Positions 1 to 8,515 of a stretch of DNA of 36,613 nucleotides are shown piece after piece (position 1 is the first letter of the stretch; every line of letters starts with the position of its first letter). The stretch is from Candidatus Altarchaeum sp. Lineage in GTDB: Archaea; Altiarchaeota; Altiarchaeia; Altiarchaeales; Altiarchaeaceae. The notes below the pieces were generated by a model. It had not been told where the DNA came from, did no database searches, and was given only the letters and a program-made list of their open reading frames with translations. The stretch covers positions 1 to 36,613 of the forward strand of contig JAGWDQ010000096.1 of assembly GCA_018260615.1 (NCBI GenBank), written 5' to 3'. Made by a program: the position numbers and the translations under genes.

Positions 1-173
1 ATCTGCTGATTTTTAAATACTCTGTGACTTTGTGGCTTTGTGTGAGCATTTTTTATCGTACAGGAAAGTTTGTTTTATTGGTCTCTTACACCAAGACACA
101 GGGACACAAAGGAGTTATATTCTGTAACTTGGTGACTTTGTGGCTTTGTGTGAGTATTCTTCTGATTTTTTTA
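1..173. repeat. Tandem units of a short imperfect-inverted-repeat element (CTYACACCAAGACACAG...CTTTGTGGCTTTGTGTGAG)
   Basis: 1-55 is identical to 17628-17682; 52-79 matches 17479-17506 (27/28); 85-173 is the reverse complement of 36525-36613 with 3 mismatches. Confidence 0.9.
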
Positions 174-199
174 TTTTTTTCTTTTTGTGGTCACCTGTT

Positions 200-883
200 T
201 TAATGTTTTCTTATTTTTTGTCCTGAATTTGAATATAAAAGCATAACTTTTTTGATTTCTTCCTCATAGTCATTTCCTTTATATTCCTTTCCAAACCGGA
301 CAATTAAAGCATGATACTCGTTATAAATTTTGACTAATTTTGCTTTGTTCTTACAGACATTTTTTATTTCATTCTCAAAAATTTCCCTCAATTCATCGTA
401 TCTTAATTCCTGAGCATTTCCATACGCCGCATTATAAATTCTTCTCGTGTATGCGTCTATCACAAATACCGGCTTTTCAAATACATAAAGCAGCATTGAG
501 TCAGCCGTCTCTTTTCCGATTCCTTTGATATCCAAAAGTTCATTTCTTAATTCAAAAATTTCTTTGTCATTCATTTTCCCAATAAAATTTTCTCCGTAAT
601 TCTCAATTAAATATTCACAAAAATTTTTCAGCCGTTTTGCTTTCTGCCTGTAAAATCCCGATGGTTTTATTAAAATTTCAATCTCCTCAACAGGCATATC
701 TGCGATTGCCTTAATTGAGCATACATTTTTTACCTTTAAATTTTTTATCGCCTTTTCAACATTATTCCACGATGTGTTTTGAGTTAGAATTGCTCCGAGC
801 ATGATTTCTTCTTTACTGTCAGCAGGCCACCAATATTGCTTCCCGAATTTTTTAAACAGAATCTGATATAATCTGTATAGCAT
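200..883 (-). CDS. Endonuclease III-like HhH-GPD DNA glycosylase domain protein
   Basis: WWP...GAILTQNTSWNNVEKA, HhH motif LLDIKGIGKETADSMLLY, VIDAYTRRI and EYHALIV are typical of the EndoIII-related family. Confidence 0.9.
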   Translation of the reverse strand: MLYRLYQILFKKFGKQYWWPADSKEEIMLGAILTQNTSWNNVEKAIKNLKVKNVCSIKAIADMPVEEIEILIKPSGFYRQKAKRLKNFCEYLIENYGENFIGKMNDKEIFELRNELLDIKGIGKETADSMLLYVFEKPVFVIDAYTRRIYNAAYGNAQELRYDELREIFENEIKNVCKNKAKLVKIYNEYHALIVRFGKEYKGNDYEEEIKKVMLLYSNSGQKIRKH

Positions 884-895
884 TTCGGATAAAAT

Positions 896-1264
896 TTAAA
901 ATTCTCTAACAACATCCTCATAATTCAGATATGGCTCGTTTATATCTATGTTTTCATTGAGCTTTTCAAGGTCATAAAACCGGACATCTTTTCTTAAAAA
1001 TTTCACTGCAAAAAAGCATTTGATTCGGGCAATTTCCTTAAATTTTCTGAAATTTTCAACCCCTCTTGAAATATAAATTTTATCCTGTTTTGTTGCCTTA
1101 CATTGTATAGCCATAACAACGCCGTTTTTCATAACCAATATATCTGGCAGTAATTCCGAATATCTTCCGCTGCCGGCAATTCTCATAGCAATAAAGCCAT
1201 CTTCGCTGAACTTTTCAACCATCTTCCTTTCAAAAACAACCCCTTTTGTATATTCCCGGTTCAT
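896..1264 (-). CDS. hjc: Archaeal Holliday junction resolvase Hjc
   Basis: KG..FER, R.AGSG, PDIL and IQCK PD-(D/E)xK nuclease motifs; 122 aa. Confidence 0.88.
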   Translation of the reverse strand: MNREYTKGVVFERKMVEKFSEDGFIAMRIAGSGRYSELLPDILVMKNGVVMAIQCKATKQDKIYISRGVENFRKFKEIARIKCFFAVKFLRKDVRFYDLEKLNENIDINEPYLNYEDVVREF

Positions 1265-1272
1265 ATTAAATT

Positions 1273-1770
1273 TTAATCCAAATCACTTATCAGCAAAAAA
1301 TTTTTCTCTTTGCAAATTTCGTTCAGTTTTTCGTTCACCAGTTCATTACGCACTTCATCACATTCAATTTTTAGCATGCACGCAGAGACGGACTCCGGCG
1401 AATTCATAGTTACACTTAAATCATAAACCAGGCCACTTTCATTAATTCTGTCTATCGTATTCATAATATCTTTATCTATAATATGTCCGACCATAATAAT
1501 TGTCCTGGTTCTTTTTTTATAATATTTTTTCCCTTCAATAAGTATATCCGAAATTTTTATCCCTTCATTGAGCAGTATTGATTTTATGTTTTCAAGTGAT
1601 TTGACATCATCAATTCCAAATACAATTTCAACAGGAACTTCATCAGCAGCTTTAAACTGGTGCGAATGAACGATACTTTGTATATTTCCTCCGTTTGTTG
1701 AAATCGGTTCAATTGCCCTGATTAAACTTCCCGGTGTGTCCTTTAAAAAAATTTTCATATTTATTTTCAC
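1273..1770 (-). CDS. Tandem ACT-domain protein (archaeal amino acid-binding regulator type)
   Basis: N-terminal LKDTPGSLIRAIEPIS.NGGNI.SIVH ACT signature; second ACT-like half IIMVGHIID.DI..TIDRIN. Confidence 0.8.
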   Translation of the reverse strand: MKINMKIFLKDTPGSLIRAIEPISTNGGNIQSIVHSHQFKAADEVPVEIVFGIDDVKSLENIKSILLNEGIKISDILIEGKKYYKKRTRTIIMVGHIIDKDIMNTIDRINESGLVYDLSVTMNSPESVSACMLKIECDEVRNELVNEKLNEICKEKNFLLISDLD

Positions 1771-1859
1771 TTTGTGTTTTTAGTTAAGTTTAAAATTAGT
1801 TTAAAATTTAATTCTAATTAGTTTAATCAATTAAGAGTTTGAAAAAATTATGACTTAAT

Positions 1860-1943
1860 GCCGAGGTGGCAGAGTCCGGTAATGCGCACGCCTCGAGAGC
1901 GTGTTCCCGCGAGGGAATTAGGGTTCAAATCCCTACCTCGGCG
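1860..1943 (+). tRNA. tRNA-Ser(CGA), long variable arm, no encoded CCA
   Basis: Acceptor GCCGAGG/CCTCGGC, anticodon stem CACGC/GCGTG with loop CT-CGA-GA, variable arm TTCCC-GCGA-GGGAA, T loop GGTTCAAATCC, discriminator G. Confidence 0.95.
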
Positions 1944-1988
1944 ATGTTCAAAAACTTCGTTTTTGGACATTTCCGAACGAAGTGAGGT
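1944..1988 (+). repeat. 27-nt hairpin plus TCCGAACGAAGTGAGGT module directly 3' of tRNA-Ser
   Basis: ATGTTCAAAAAC-TTC-GTTTTTGGACAT stem (one G-T pair), then the motif at 1972-1988. Confidence 0.85.
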
Positions 1989-2051
1989 AAAAATTTAACG
2001 ATGGGAAATTTCAGATAAATTTTTATATGAAATCTAATTTTTAAGAAGTTA

Positions 2052-2121
2052 TAAATTTAAAGGATTATAAACTAAATTTAAAGGATTATAAACTAAATTT
2101 AAAGGATTATAAACTAAATTT
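2052..2121 (+). repeat. 21-bp tandem repeat, 3 full copies plus a partial (TAAATTTAAAGGATTATAAAC)
   Basis: Exact copies at 2052-2072, 2073-2093 and 2094-2114; ends 4 bp before the ATG at 2126. Confidence 0.95.
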
Positions 2122-2125
2122 TAAA

Positions 2126-3340
2126 ATGAGACAGGAAACAATAGAACTTACAGGACATATTATTGATTCTATGATACTTCCGAAGGTCTTTGATACAATA
2201 ATGGAAGATAAAGGGGACTTTGAGGTTTTGGAATTTAAAATCGGTAAAAAGAAAACCGAGCCAAGTTATACAAAAATTTTAGTGAAAGGAAAAGATAACG
2301 AGCATCTCAATACAATTCTTCAAAAACTCCAAAAATTAGGAGCAATTATTGCTGTTCCGAAGGATGCCGAGACCGAAATTGCAGATATGGATGGTGCTGC
2401 TCCCGAAAATTTCTGTCCCACAACAAATCAAAAGACATATATAAGAATCCTGGGGGAATGGAAGGAAGTAAAGAGTCAGAAGATGGATGCATGCATTGTC
2501 ATTGAAAATAATATTCCGGTCTGCAAAATATTCAGGCATATAAAAAAAGGCGACAAAGTTGTTGTCGGATTAGAAGGAATTAAGATTGAACCGATTGAAA
2601 GATCAAGAGAACCGATGGGTTTATTCGGATTTATGAGGAGTGAGACATCAACGGAAAAACCAACAATTACTTTGATAAAAGAGGTTGCAAATGAATTAAA
2701 GAAAATAAAAAGAGCAAACGGAAAAATAGGTATTGTTTGCGGGTCTGCTGTTATTCATACGGGGGCAAGCAGGGCACTTGCAGAAATCATAAATTTAGGG
2801 TATGTTGATGCATTCTTTGCGGGAAATGCCGTTGCAGTCAGAGATATTGAGTATGAAATTTACGGGACATCACTCGGAGTTAATATTGAAACGGGAAAGG
2901 TAGAGCAGTACGGATACAGGAAACACACTTCAACAATAAATTCAATAATACGATTAGGTTCAATCAAGAAAGCAATAGATAAAGGAATAATAAAGCATGG
3001 AATGATGTACGAATTAATTACAAAGAATATTCCGTACATTCTTGCAGGAAGCATAAGGGATGACGGACCTTTGCCGGATGTAATAACTGATATATGTGAA
3101 TCACAGGACAAAATGCGCGAATTAGTGCAGGATTTGGACTTGGTTTTGATGATGGGTTCAATGCTTCATTCAATCGCTCTTGGAAATTTAATGAAAGCGG
3201 AAACAAAGGTTATTTGCGTTGATATAGATCCTGCAATTGTTACTAAATTGAGAGACAGGGGAACATCACAGGCAATAGGAATAGTAACTGACCTGGGAAC
3301 ATTTGTTCCGGCATTGCTTGAAGAACTTAAAAGAAAATAG
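2126..3340 (+). CDS. TIGR00300-type protein (LOR/SDH conserved region; probable ornithine cyclodeaminase-like enzyme)
   Basis: ELTGHIIDSMIL, F.PTTN, MDACIV, FGFMRSETSTEK, LAGSIRDDGPLPDVITD, MLHSIA.GN and KLRDRGTSQA.GIVTD match this family. Confidence 0.88.
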   Translation: MRQETIELTGHIIDSMILPKVFDTIMEDKGDFEVLEFKIGKKKTEPSYTKILVKGKDNEHLNTILQKLQKLGAIIAVPKDAETEIADMDGAAPENFCPTTNQKTYIRILGEWKEVKSQKMDACIVIENNIPVCKIFRHIKKGDKVVVGLEGIKIEPIERSREPMGLFGFMRSETSTEKPTITLIKEVANELKKIKRANGKIGIVCGSAVIHTGASRALAEIINLGYVDAFFAGNAVAVRDIEYEIYGTSLGVNIETGKVEQYGYRKHTSTINSIIRLGSIKKAIDKGIIKHGMMYELITKNIPYILAGSIRDDGPLPDVITDICESQDKMRELVQDLDLVLMMGSMLHSIALGNLMKAETKVICVDIDPAIVTKLRDRGTSQAIGIVTDLGTFVPALLEELKRK

Positions 3341-3440
3341 AATTTAAAATATTTAGGCAGGCAGTTAATTTATAATAATTATTTATTTATTTATTTATAT
3401 CCTCAAACTAATTAATAAACAATAATAAACAAAAACCAAA

Positions 3441-3797
3441 ATGGCATCGGAAAAGGGGTTGATCGTGTTGGCGACATTTTTTATAGTGATGTCGCTGACT
3501 ACGAACATAGGATTTGCTAAGGATGGGGCAGCGATTGAATTGTATTTGGCAACTGCATTGAACATCCTGGCAACCTTTGTGAAGGTAGGAATGAAAAGAG
3601 GTGTTTTGGGAATGACTTCTCTGGGAGCAAGTGTTGTCGGAGACATACACTTGATATGGGCAGTACTTGTGTATGGAACTGACACGACTTTGGCAGCAGG
3701 TCTGGCATTTGGAGCAATTTTTGCAAATGTAGTTAGTATTGCACTATTGCTCATGGAAAGTTATATGGAAGCCAAGAAAGAATATTCAGAAGCATAA
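3441..3797 (+). CDS. Small 4-TM membrane protein (DUF6394-like)
   Basis: FFIVMSLTTN.GF, SLGASVVGDIHL and GA.FANVVS.ALL resemble from memory a small Campylobacterota membrane family; four hydrophobic segments. Confidence 0.6.
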   Translation: MASEKGLIVLATFFIVMSLTTNIGFAKDGAAIELYLATALNILATFVKVGMKRGVLGMTSLGASVVGDIHLIWAVLVYGTDTTLAAGLAFGAIFANVVSIALLLMESYMEAKKEYSEA

Positions 3798-3974
3798 GCC
3801 AAGAGAAAAACCAAAACAATACAAACTTTATTTTTTTATTTTTTTTATTTTTTTTTATTTTGTAGAGTAACAGCATTGACAAATTTATGAGAGATTTCTA
3901 AATTATTAAAAAAGAGATATATTTTTGTGTTGCAAAACAATGCTTGTGTTGCTGTTGTTTGACGGTGATCACTC

Positions 3975-4268
3975 CCCTACCGTTCGGAGATTTTCAAGTA
4001 AACTTGAAATGCCACATTTTTACGAGTAAATTTAATGAAAATTGTGAATTATTAGACAACTTCTTTGCGAATTTTAAAATCACCTCACTTACGTTCACTT
4101 CGTTCCACTCACTTTGTTCGTGTCTTTTCAAAACCTCTGCGGTTTTGAAAATCGTGTATTTTAAATTTTCTGCAAATTTAAAATCGTTCGGAGATTTAAA
4201 ATTTCTGTGGGAAATTTTAAAAAAATCAAAAAATTTGCAGTTAATTTTTTGGGCGACTGAATAGTTAC
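3975..4268 (-). repeat. Modular intergenic repeat region starting with a GTAACTATTCAG end sequence (solo element end)
   Basis: CTGAATAGTTAC at 4257-4268; 4095-4165 is the reverse complement of 14066-14136 with 4 mismatches; several CGAAC/GTGAG modules and hairpins. Confidence 0.8.
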
Positions 4269-5356
4269 ATTTCTTCTATTATTGCATCAGTCATTTCTTT
4301 CGTTCCGACTGCTTTTGCGGGCTCATTTGCTATGTCAAAGGTTACACATCTTCCATCTTCAAAGACCTTTTTAACCGCATTTTCCAGGATTTCCGCTGCC
4401 TTGTTTTCATTAATGTATTTTAACATCAGCACACCTGAAAGAATCAAAGATGCAGGATTTAATACATTTTTTCCCTTAAATTCCGGTGCAGAGCCGTGAA
4501 CCGCCTCAAAAACAGCACAATTTTCTCCGATATTTGCTCCCGGAGCAACACCTAATCCGCCGATTAAACCCGCACATAAATCACTTACTATGTCTCCGTA
4601 TAAATTTGGCAGAACCAGAACATCATAATTTTCAGGAACAGTAACCAAATCCATGCACAAACTATCAACTAATTTATGCTTAAATTTTATTTCGGGATAA
4701 TTTTTTGAAATTTCTTCTGCCGTGTGCATAAATAAACCATCGCTAAATTTCATTATGTTTGACTTTGTAACTGCCGTCACACTTTTCCTGTCGGTCCTTT
4801 TTGCATACTCAAAAGCATACCTTGTAATTCTCTCGCTTGCATATTTTGAAATTGTCTTTAGACCTATTGCAGAGTTCTCTCTTATTTTTCCTTTGTTTTT
4901 ACTTTCAATAAATTTAATTAAGTCCATAGTATCGGCATTTCCGTTTTCAAATTCAATTCCCGCATACAAATCCTCTGTGTTTTCCCTTATTATAACAAGG
5001 TCAATATTGTCGGGATTGCTTATTCTTGTTTTAATCCCTTTGTAATATTTGCATGGTCGCAAGCTGACATACAAATCAAGTTTTTTTCGCAATTCAACAT
5101 TAACGCTTCTGAAGCCCTTTCCAAGTGGTGTTGTAACCGGCCCCTTTAGAGCAACCTTGTTTCTTTTAACAGAATCAATTACATAATCCGGCAAAGGTGT
5201 TCCTTCTTTTGCTACTACATCTGCACCGGCATCAAAAATTTCCCATTCAAGACCTTTCCCACATATCTCTATTGCTTTGTCAATTGCCCTCTTTGCCTGT
5301 TCTATCAGTTCGGGCCCGGAACCATCACCTCTTATTAATGTTATTTTGTGCAACAT
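4265..5356 (-). CDS. icd: Isocitrate dehydrogenase (isocitrate/isopropylmalate dehydrogenase family)
   Basis: [22 protein letters not shown] (S-x-N isocitrate-type), [17 protein letters not shown] and EAVHGSAP. Confidence 0.8.
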   Translation of the reverse strand: MLHKITLIRGDGSGPELIEQAKRAIDKAIEICGKGLEWEIFDAGADVVAKEGTPLPDYVIDSVKRNKVALKGPVTTPLGKGFRSVNVELRKKLDLYVSLRPCKYYKGIKTRISNPDNIDLVIIRENTEDLYAGIEFENGNADTMDLIKFIESKNKGKIRENSAIGLKTISKYASERITRYAFEYAKRTDRKSVTAVTKSNIMKFSDGLFMHTAEEISKNYPEIKFKHKLVDSLCMDLVTVPENYDVLVLPNLYGDIVSDLCAGLIGGLGVAPGANIGENCAVFEAVHGSAPEFKGKNVLNPASLILSGVLMLKYINENKAAEILENAVKKVFEDGRCVTFDIANEPAKAVGTKEMTDAIIEEM

Positions 5357-5423
5357 CTTAATTCTTATTTTTATTTTATTAAATTTTTTAAATTTTAGTG
5401 TTAAATTTTATGAATGATTAATT

Positions 5424-6455
5424 ATGAGCATACTAAAAAATAAAGTAAAAAACATTAAAGAAGAAATCGGAGAAAAAAATGCCTTGCTGATTTACAATCC
5501 GAAAAATTTATATTATCTTTGCGGAATTGAGGGCTTCGGAGCAGTCGGATTATTAACTCCTGAAAAATGGACATTATTTTTAAACGAAAATGATTATGAA
5601 CTCGCTGCCGATAAAAATCCCGCTAATGAAGTCCATCTGGAAATTTATAAAAAAGGAATTGTGAAAGATACAATAAAAGAGCTGGTCAAAAAAGGCCGGA
5701 TTTCAGAAATTTTTGTTGATAATATTTATGGAGAAGCACTGAGAAATTTGGAAAATGCAACCGGAAGAAGAATAGAAATAAGTGATGTTGTTGAGAGAGC
5801 AAGGATGCTCAAAACAGATGATGAGATTGAAAATATCAAAAAGGCGTGCGAAATCGCGAGGAGGGGAATTGAATTAGCGAGGGAAATTTATCTGTCGGAA
5901 AAGCGAATTAGCGAGCACAATCTGGCAGCAGAGCTCGAATATTTTATGAAAAAATGCGGAAGCGAAGGAACTTTTGAAGAAGGAATACTGCTTGCCTGCG
6001 AGAAAAATGCTGCACACATTCATGCAAAGCCGTCGGATAAAATAATTAAAGGTGCTATGCTTGTTGATTTGGGGGCGAAATTTAACAATTATTTTTCTGA
6101 TTTCAGCAGGACTTTTACCGAAAGAGCAAGTAATGAAGTCAAAAAACATGCCGAATTTATAGAAAATTTAGAACTCATAATTATAGACAAAATTTATGCG
6201 GGAATGAAAATCCCGGAAATTTCCAAATTTGCCGGGAAAGAGATAGAGAAGAACAACTTTAAGCTTTTTCATTCGCTCGGGCACGGTGTCGGATTAGATG
6301 TTCATGAATTGCCGATTATAAATAACGATTCAAAAGAAGAGTTTACGGAGAATATGGTTTTTACGATTGAACCGGGCATTTATAAGGCAAATAAATTCGG
6401 AATACGGTCTGAAGATACCTGCCTAATAAAAAACGGAAAAGCAGAAATTTTGTAA
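5424..6455 (+). CDS. Xaa-Pro peptidase (M24B family)
   Basis: DLGA, SDFSRT, HSLGHGVGLDVHE, FTIEPGIY and GIRSED metal-binding motifs. Confidence 0.93.
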   Translation: MSILKNKVKNIKEEIGEKNALLIYNPKNLYYLCGIEGFGAVGLLTPEKWTLFLNENDYELAADKNPANEVHLEIYKKGIVKDTIKELVKKGRISEIFVDNIYGEALRNLENATGRRIEISDVVERARMLKTDDEIENIKKACEIARRGIELAREIYLSEKRISEHNLAAELEYFMKKCGSEGTFEEGILLACEKNAAHIHAKPSDKIIKGAMLVDLGAKFNNYFSDFSRTFTERASNEVKKHAEFIENLELIIIDKIYAGMKIPEISKFAGKEIEKNNFKLFHSLGHGVGLDVHELPIINNDSKEEFTENMVFTIEPGIYKANKFGIRSEDTCLIKNGKAEIL

Positions 6456-6473
6456 ATCAGGTCTAAATTTCCC

Positions 6474-6815
6474 TCATAAATTTTCTATTTTCTTTTTCAT
6501 TTCTTCTGTTTTTGCCTTTGTGATTAAGTCAAAGACATCCATTGATTTTTGGGCGGCATAGTCGGTAAGTCCCTGTTTTGTATCTTTTTGTATTTTTTCT
6601 TTTATTAATTTATAACTTGTATCTGTTGCTTTATTTTTCATGACTCCGCCAAGATTTGTTTTTACATTTTTGGCAATTATGGTCCCGGATTCTTTCTTTA
6701 TGTGGGTTTCCATGCTGCTCTTTACTAAATTTCCAACTATGTTGTTGTCTTTGACTTTTTTTTCTACTTTTTTCTTCATATCTTTCCTTATTTTTGAAAC
6801 AACCGAATTTTCCAT
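6474..6815 (-). CDS. Hypothetical Lys-rich protein
   Basis: 113-aa ATG ORF filling the gap between the peptidase and tRNA-Arg; no family recognised. Confidence 0.6.
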   Translation of the reverse strand: MENSVVSKIRKDMKKKVEKKVKDNNIVGNLVKSSMETHIKKESGTIIAKNVKTNLGGVMKNKATDTSYKLIKEKIQKDTKQGLTDYAAQKSMDVFDLITKAKTEEMKKKIENL

Positions 6816-6864
6816 GTTATCAAAATAATTGTGTTCAAATTTTAATTATAAATGTAAATTTTTT

Positions 6865-6938
6865 GCCCAAGTGGGGTAGCATGGACATCCTGGGGGCCCG
6901 CGGAGCTTCCGATTCGGGTTCAAATCCCGGCTTGGGCG
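6865..6938 (+). tRNA. tRNA-Arg(GCG) with C at position 33
   Basis: Acceptor GCCCAAG/CTTGGGC, D stem GGGT/ATCC, anticodon stem GGGGC/GCTTC with loop CC-GCG-GA, T arm TCGGG-TTCAAAT-CCCGG. Confidence 0.9.
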
Positions 6939-7215
6939 ATTTCAAAAATGTGAAATTTTTGAAATATCCGAACGAAGTGAGGTTATTTCAAAATGCTCAA
7001 AGCATTTTTGAAAGATTACAAATCATGTAGATTTTTAGTATTTAAAAAATGTGAAATTTTTGAAATATCCACATGAAATGAGGTTAAATTTAAATTTTTA
7101 ATCATGTTATAAGGTTTACTTTCTCTTTCTTTTCAGAAAGTTAAAGAAAAATCGTTCCAAATTCCTGCCCGAGCAAAATTTAAATTTATTTAAAATATCC
7201 GAGCGTAAGCAAGAT
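6939..7215 (+). repeat. Hairpin plus TCCGAACGAAGTGAGGT module cluster 3' of tRNA-Arg
   Basis: Perfect 11-bp stem at 6939-6965, motif at 6967-6983, further A5/T5 hairpins, a degenerate duplicate near 7045-7083, and TCCGAGCGTAAGC at 7198. Confidence 0.8.
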
Positions 7216-7220
7216 AAAAT

Positions 7221-7478
7221 TTAAGATAATTTTTCAGTAACAACAAAGGCAACATTTTTTCCTGTTCTTCTGCATTCTGCCGCCCTGACATTGTCTCCTA
7301 CCTTTACATCCAAATTTTCCGGAACTCTTGCTAAAATTTTTGTCCTTGCTTTTGAATATCTTTCATACTTCCTGATTTTGACAAGACGGTCATTTCTTAT
7401 ACATATTACTTTCTTTGCTTTTGCACTAACTACAACTCCGTCAATATTTTTGCCCCTGACTGACAATTTTTCTGCCAT
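7221..7478 (-). CDS. rps17p: 30S ribosomal protein uS17 (N-terminally short)
   Basis: LSVRG, G.VVS, KYERYSK.RTKI.A, VKVGD.VRAAECR; last gene of the ribosomal cluster. Confidence 0.93.
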   Translation of the reverse strand: MAEKLSVRGKNIDGVVVSAKAKKVICIRNDRLVKIRKYERYSKARTKILARVPENLDVKVGDNVRAAECRRTGKNVAFVVTEKLS

Positions 7479-7549
7479 TTTTTAATATATTATTTTTAAA
7501 AGTTAATTAAATTTAAATAAATAAAATCTGAATAAATTAGAAATACAAA

Positions 7550-7849
7550 TTAAAATTTAAAAGAAATTTTATGACGTTTTTTAATTCGTTCTTCGGGTCT
7601 GCCTGACATTAAATTCCCGTCTATTTTAACAACACTTCCATCATCTAATTGTGCTATGAGTATTATTGAATTCTTCGGAAACATTTTTATGTTGTTGTTG
7701 CTGTCTTTAATCAGAAACACATTTCTTGTTTCACTATGAACCTTGCCCTGCATTTTGTAACTTTCACCGCTTACTGGCAGGACATCAACATCAAGACCTG
7801 TCATTTCATGCCTCAAAATATTATACGGATTTCTCATGTTAAAATACAA
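7550..7849 (-). CDS. rnp1: Ribonuclease P protein component 1 (Rpp29/Pop4)
   Basis: NILRHE.TGL.V.V, GKV..ETRN, IDGNL..GRPEERIKK; conserved position between SUI1 and S17. Confidence 0.92.
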   Translation of the reverse strand: MYFNMRNPYNILRHEMTGLDVDVLPVSGESYKMQGKVHSETRNVFLIKDSNNNIKMFPKNSIILIAQLDDGSVVKIDGNLMSGRPEERIKKRHKISFKF

Positions 7850-7887
7850 AAATCAAAGGGCTAAAACACCACATAAAAATTACTTTT

Positions 7888-8229
7888 TTACTTTTTTTTT
7901 CTGGGAGGTCTCTCTTTTTTCGGAGGTCTGTCTTTAACATCTATCTTCTCTTTTGGAAAACCCAACGCTGTCAGGGCGTCTTCTATTTTGCTTTTATGAT
8001 CTCCCTGCAGTTCAATAATATTTCCTTCTCTTATTGTTCCTCCGCAGCCCAGCCGCCTTTTAATTTCTCTTGCAGTATTTTCTATATTTTCTTTATCTAT
8101 TCCGTCTATAATTGTCACCACCTTACGGTACTTCCTGTTATCAAATGACACAAATATTCCCTCTGTTGTTTTTATCTCCTTACAAACACACAACTCTTCG
8201 GGAAGTCCGCACTTAGGACAAATAGCCAT
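7888..8229 (-). CDS. Translation initiation factor SUI1/aIF1 homolog
   Basis: CPKCGLPEELCVC, K.VTII.GI, LGCGGT and IELQGDH. Confidence 0.95.
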   Translation of the reverse strand: MAICPKCGLPEELCVCKEIKTTEGIFVSFDNRKYRKVVTIIDGIDKENIENTAREIKRRLGCGGTIREGNIIELQGDHKSKIEDALTALGFPKEKIDVKDRPPKKERPPRKKK

Positions 8230-8256
8230 TGCTTTTTATTTTTTAAAAATTATTGA

Positions 8257-8472
8257 TTATTGGGATTGTTTATTTTTTTCCTTTTCGTGCTTTATTGTGA
8301 GTAATCGTGCAATGGTTCTTTTTATTTCTCTTATTGAGCCGATGGATTCAGACGCAATTCCCGCTGAAATGTCACTTCTTATTTTCATTTTTCTTTTATG
8401 CAGGTCTTTAAGATGCTCTTCCGTATCATCGGCATTCATTTCCCTCAATTCCTTTGCCCTGAGAATAGCCAT
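8257..8472 (-). CDS. rpl29: 50S ribosomal protein uL29
   Basis: MAILRAKELREM, IREIKRTIARLLTI; operon position. Confidence 0.95.
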   Translation of the reverse strand: MAILRAKELREMNADDTEEHLKDLHKRKMKIRSDISAGIASESIGSIREIKRTIARLLTIKHEKEKNKQSQ

Positions 8473-8515
8473 TTGTTAATAAATTAAATTTATAAAGTTA
8501 TTTAAATTAAAAAAT

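Noticed and set aside
3944-4264. 106-aa ORF starting MCCCCLT
   Set aside because: It lies entirely within the repeat element and has no protein-like features.
6794-7030. 78-aa ORF
   Set aside because: It overlaps tRNA-Arg and the repeat modules.
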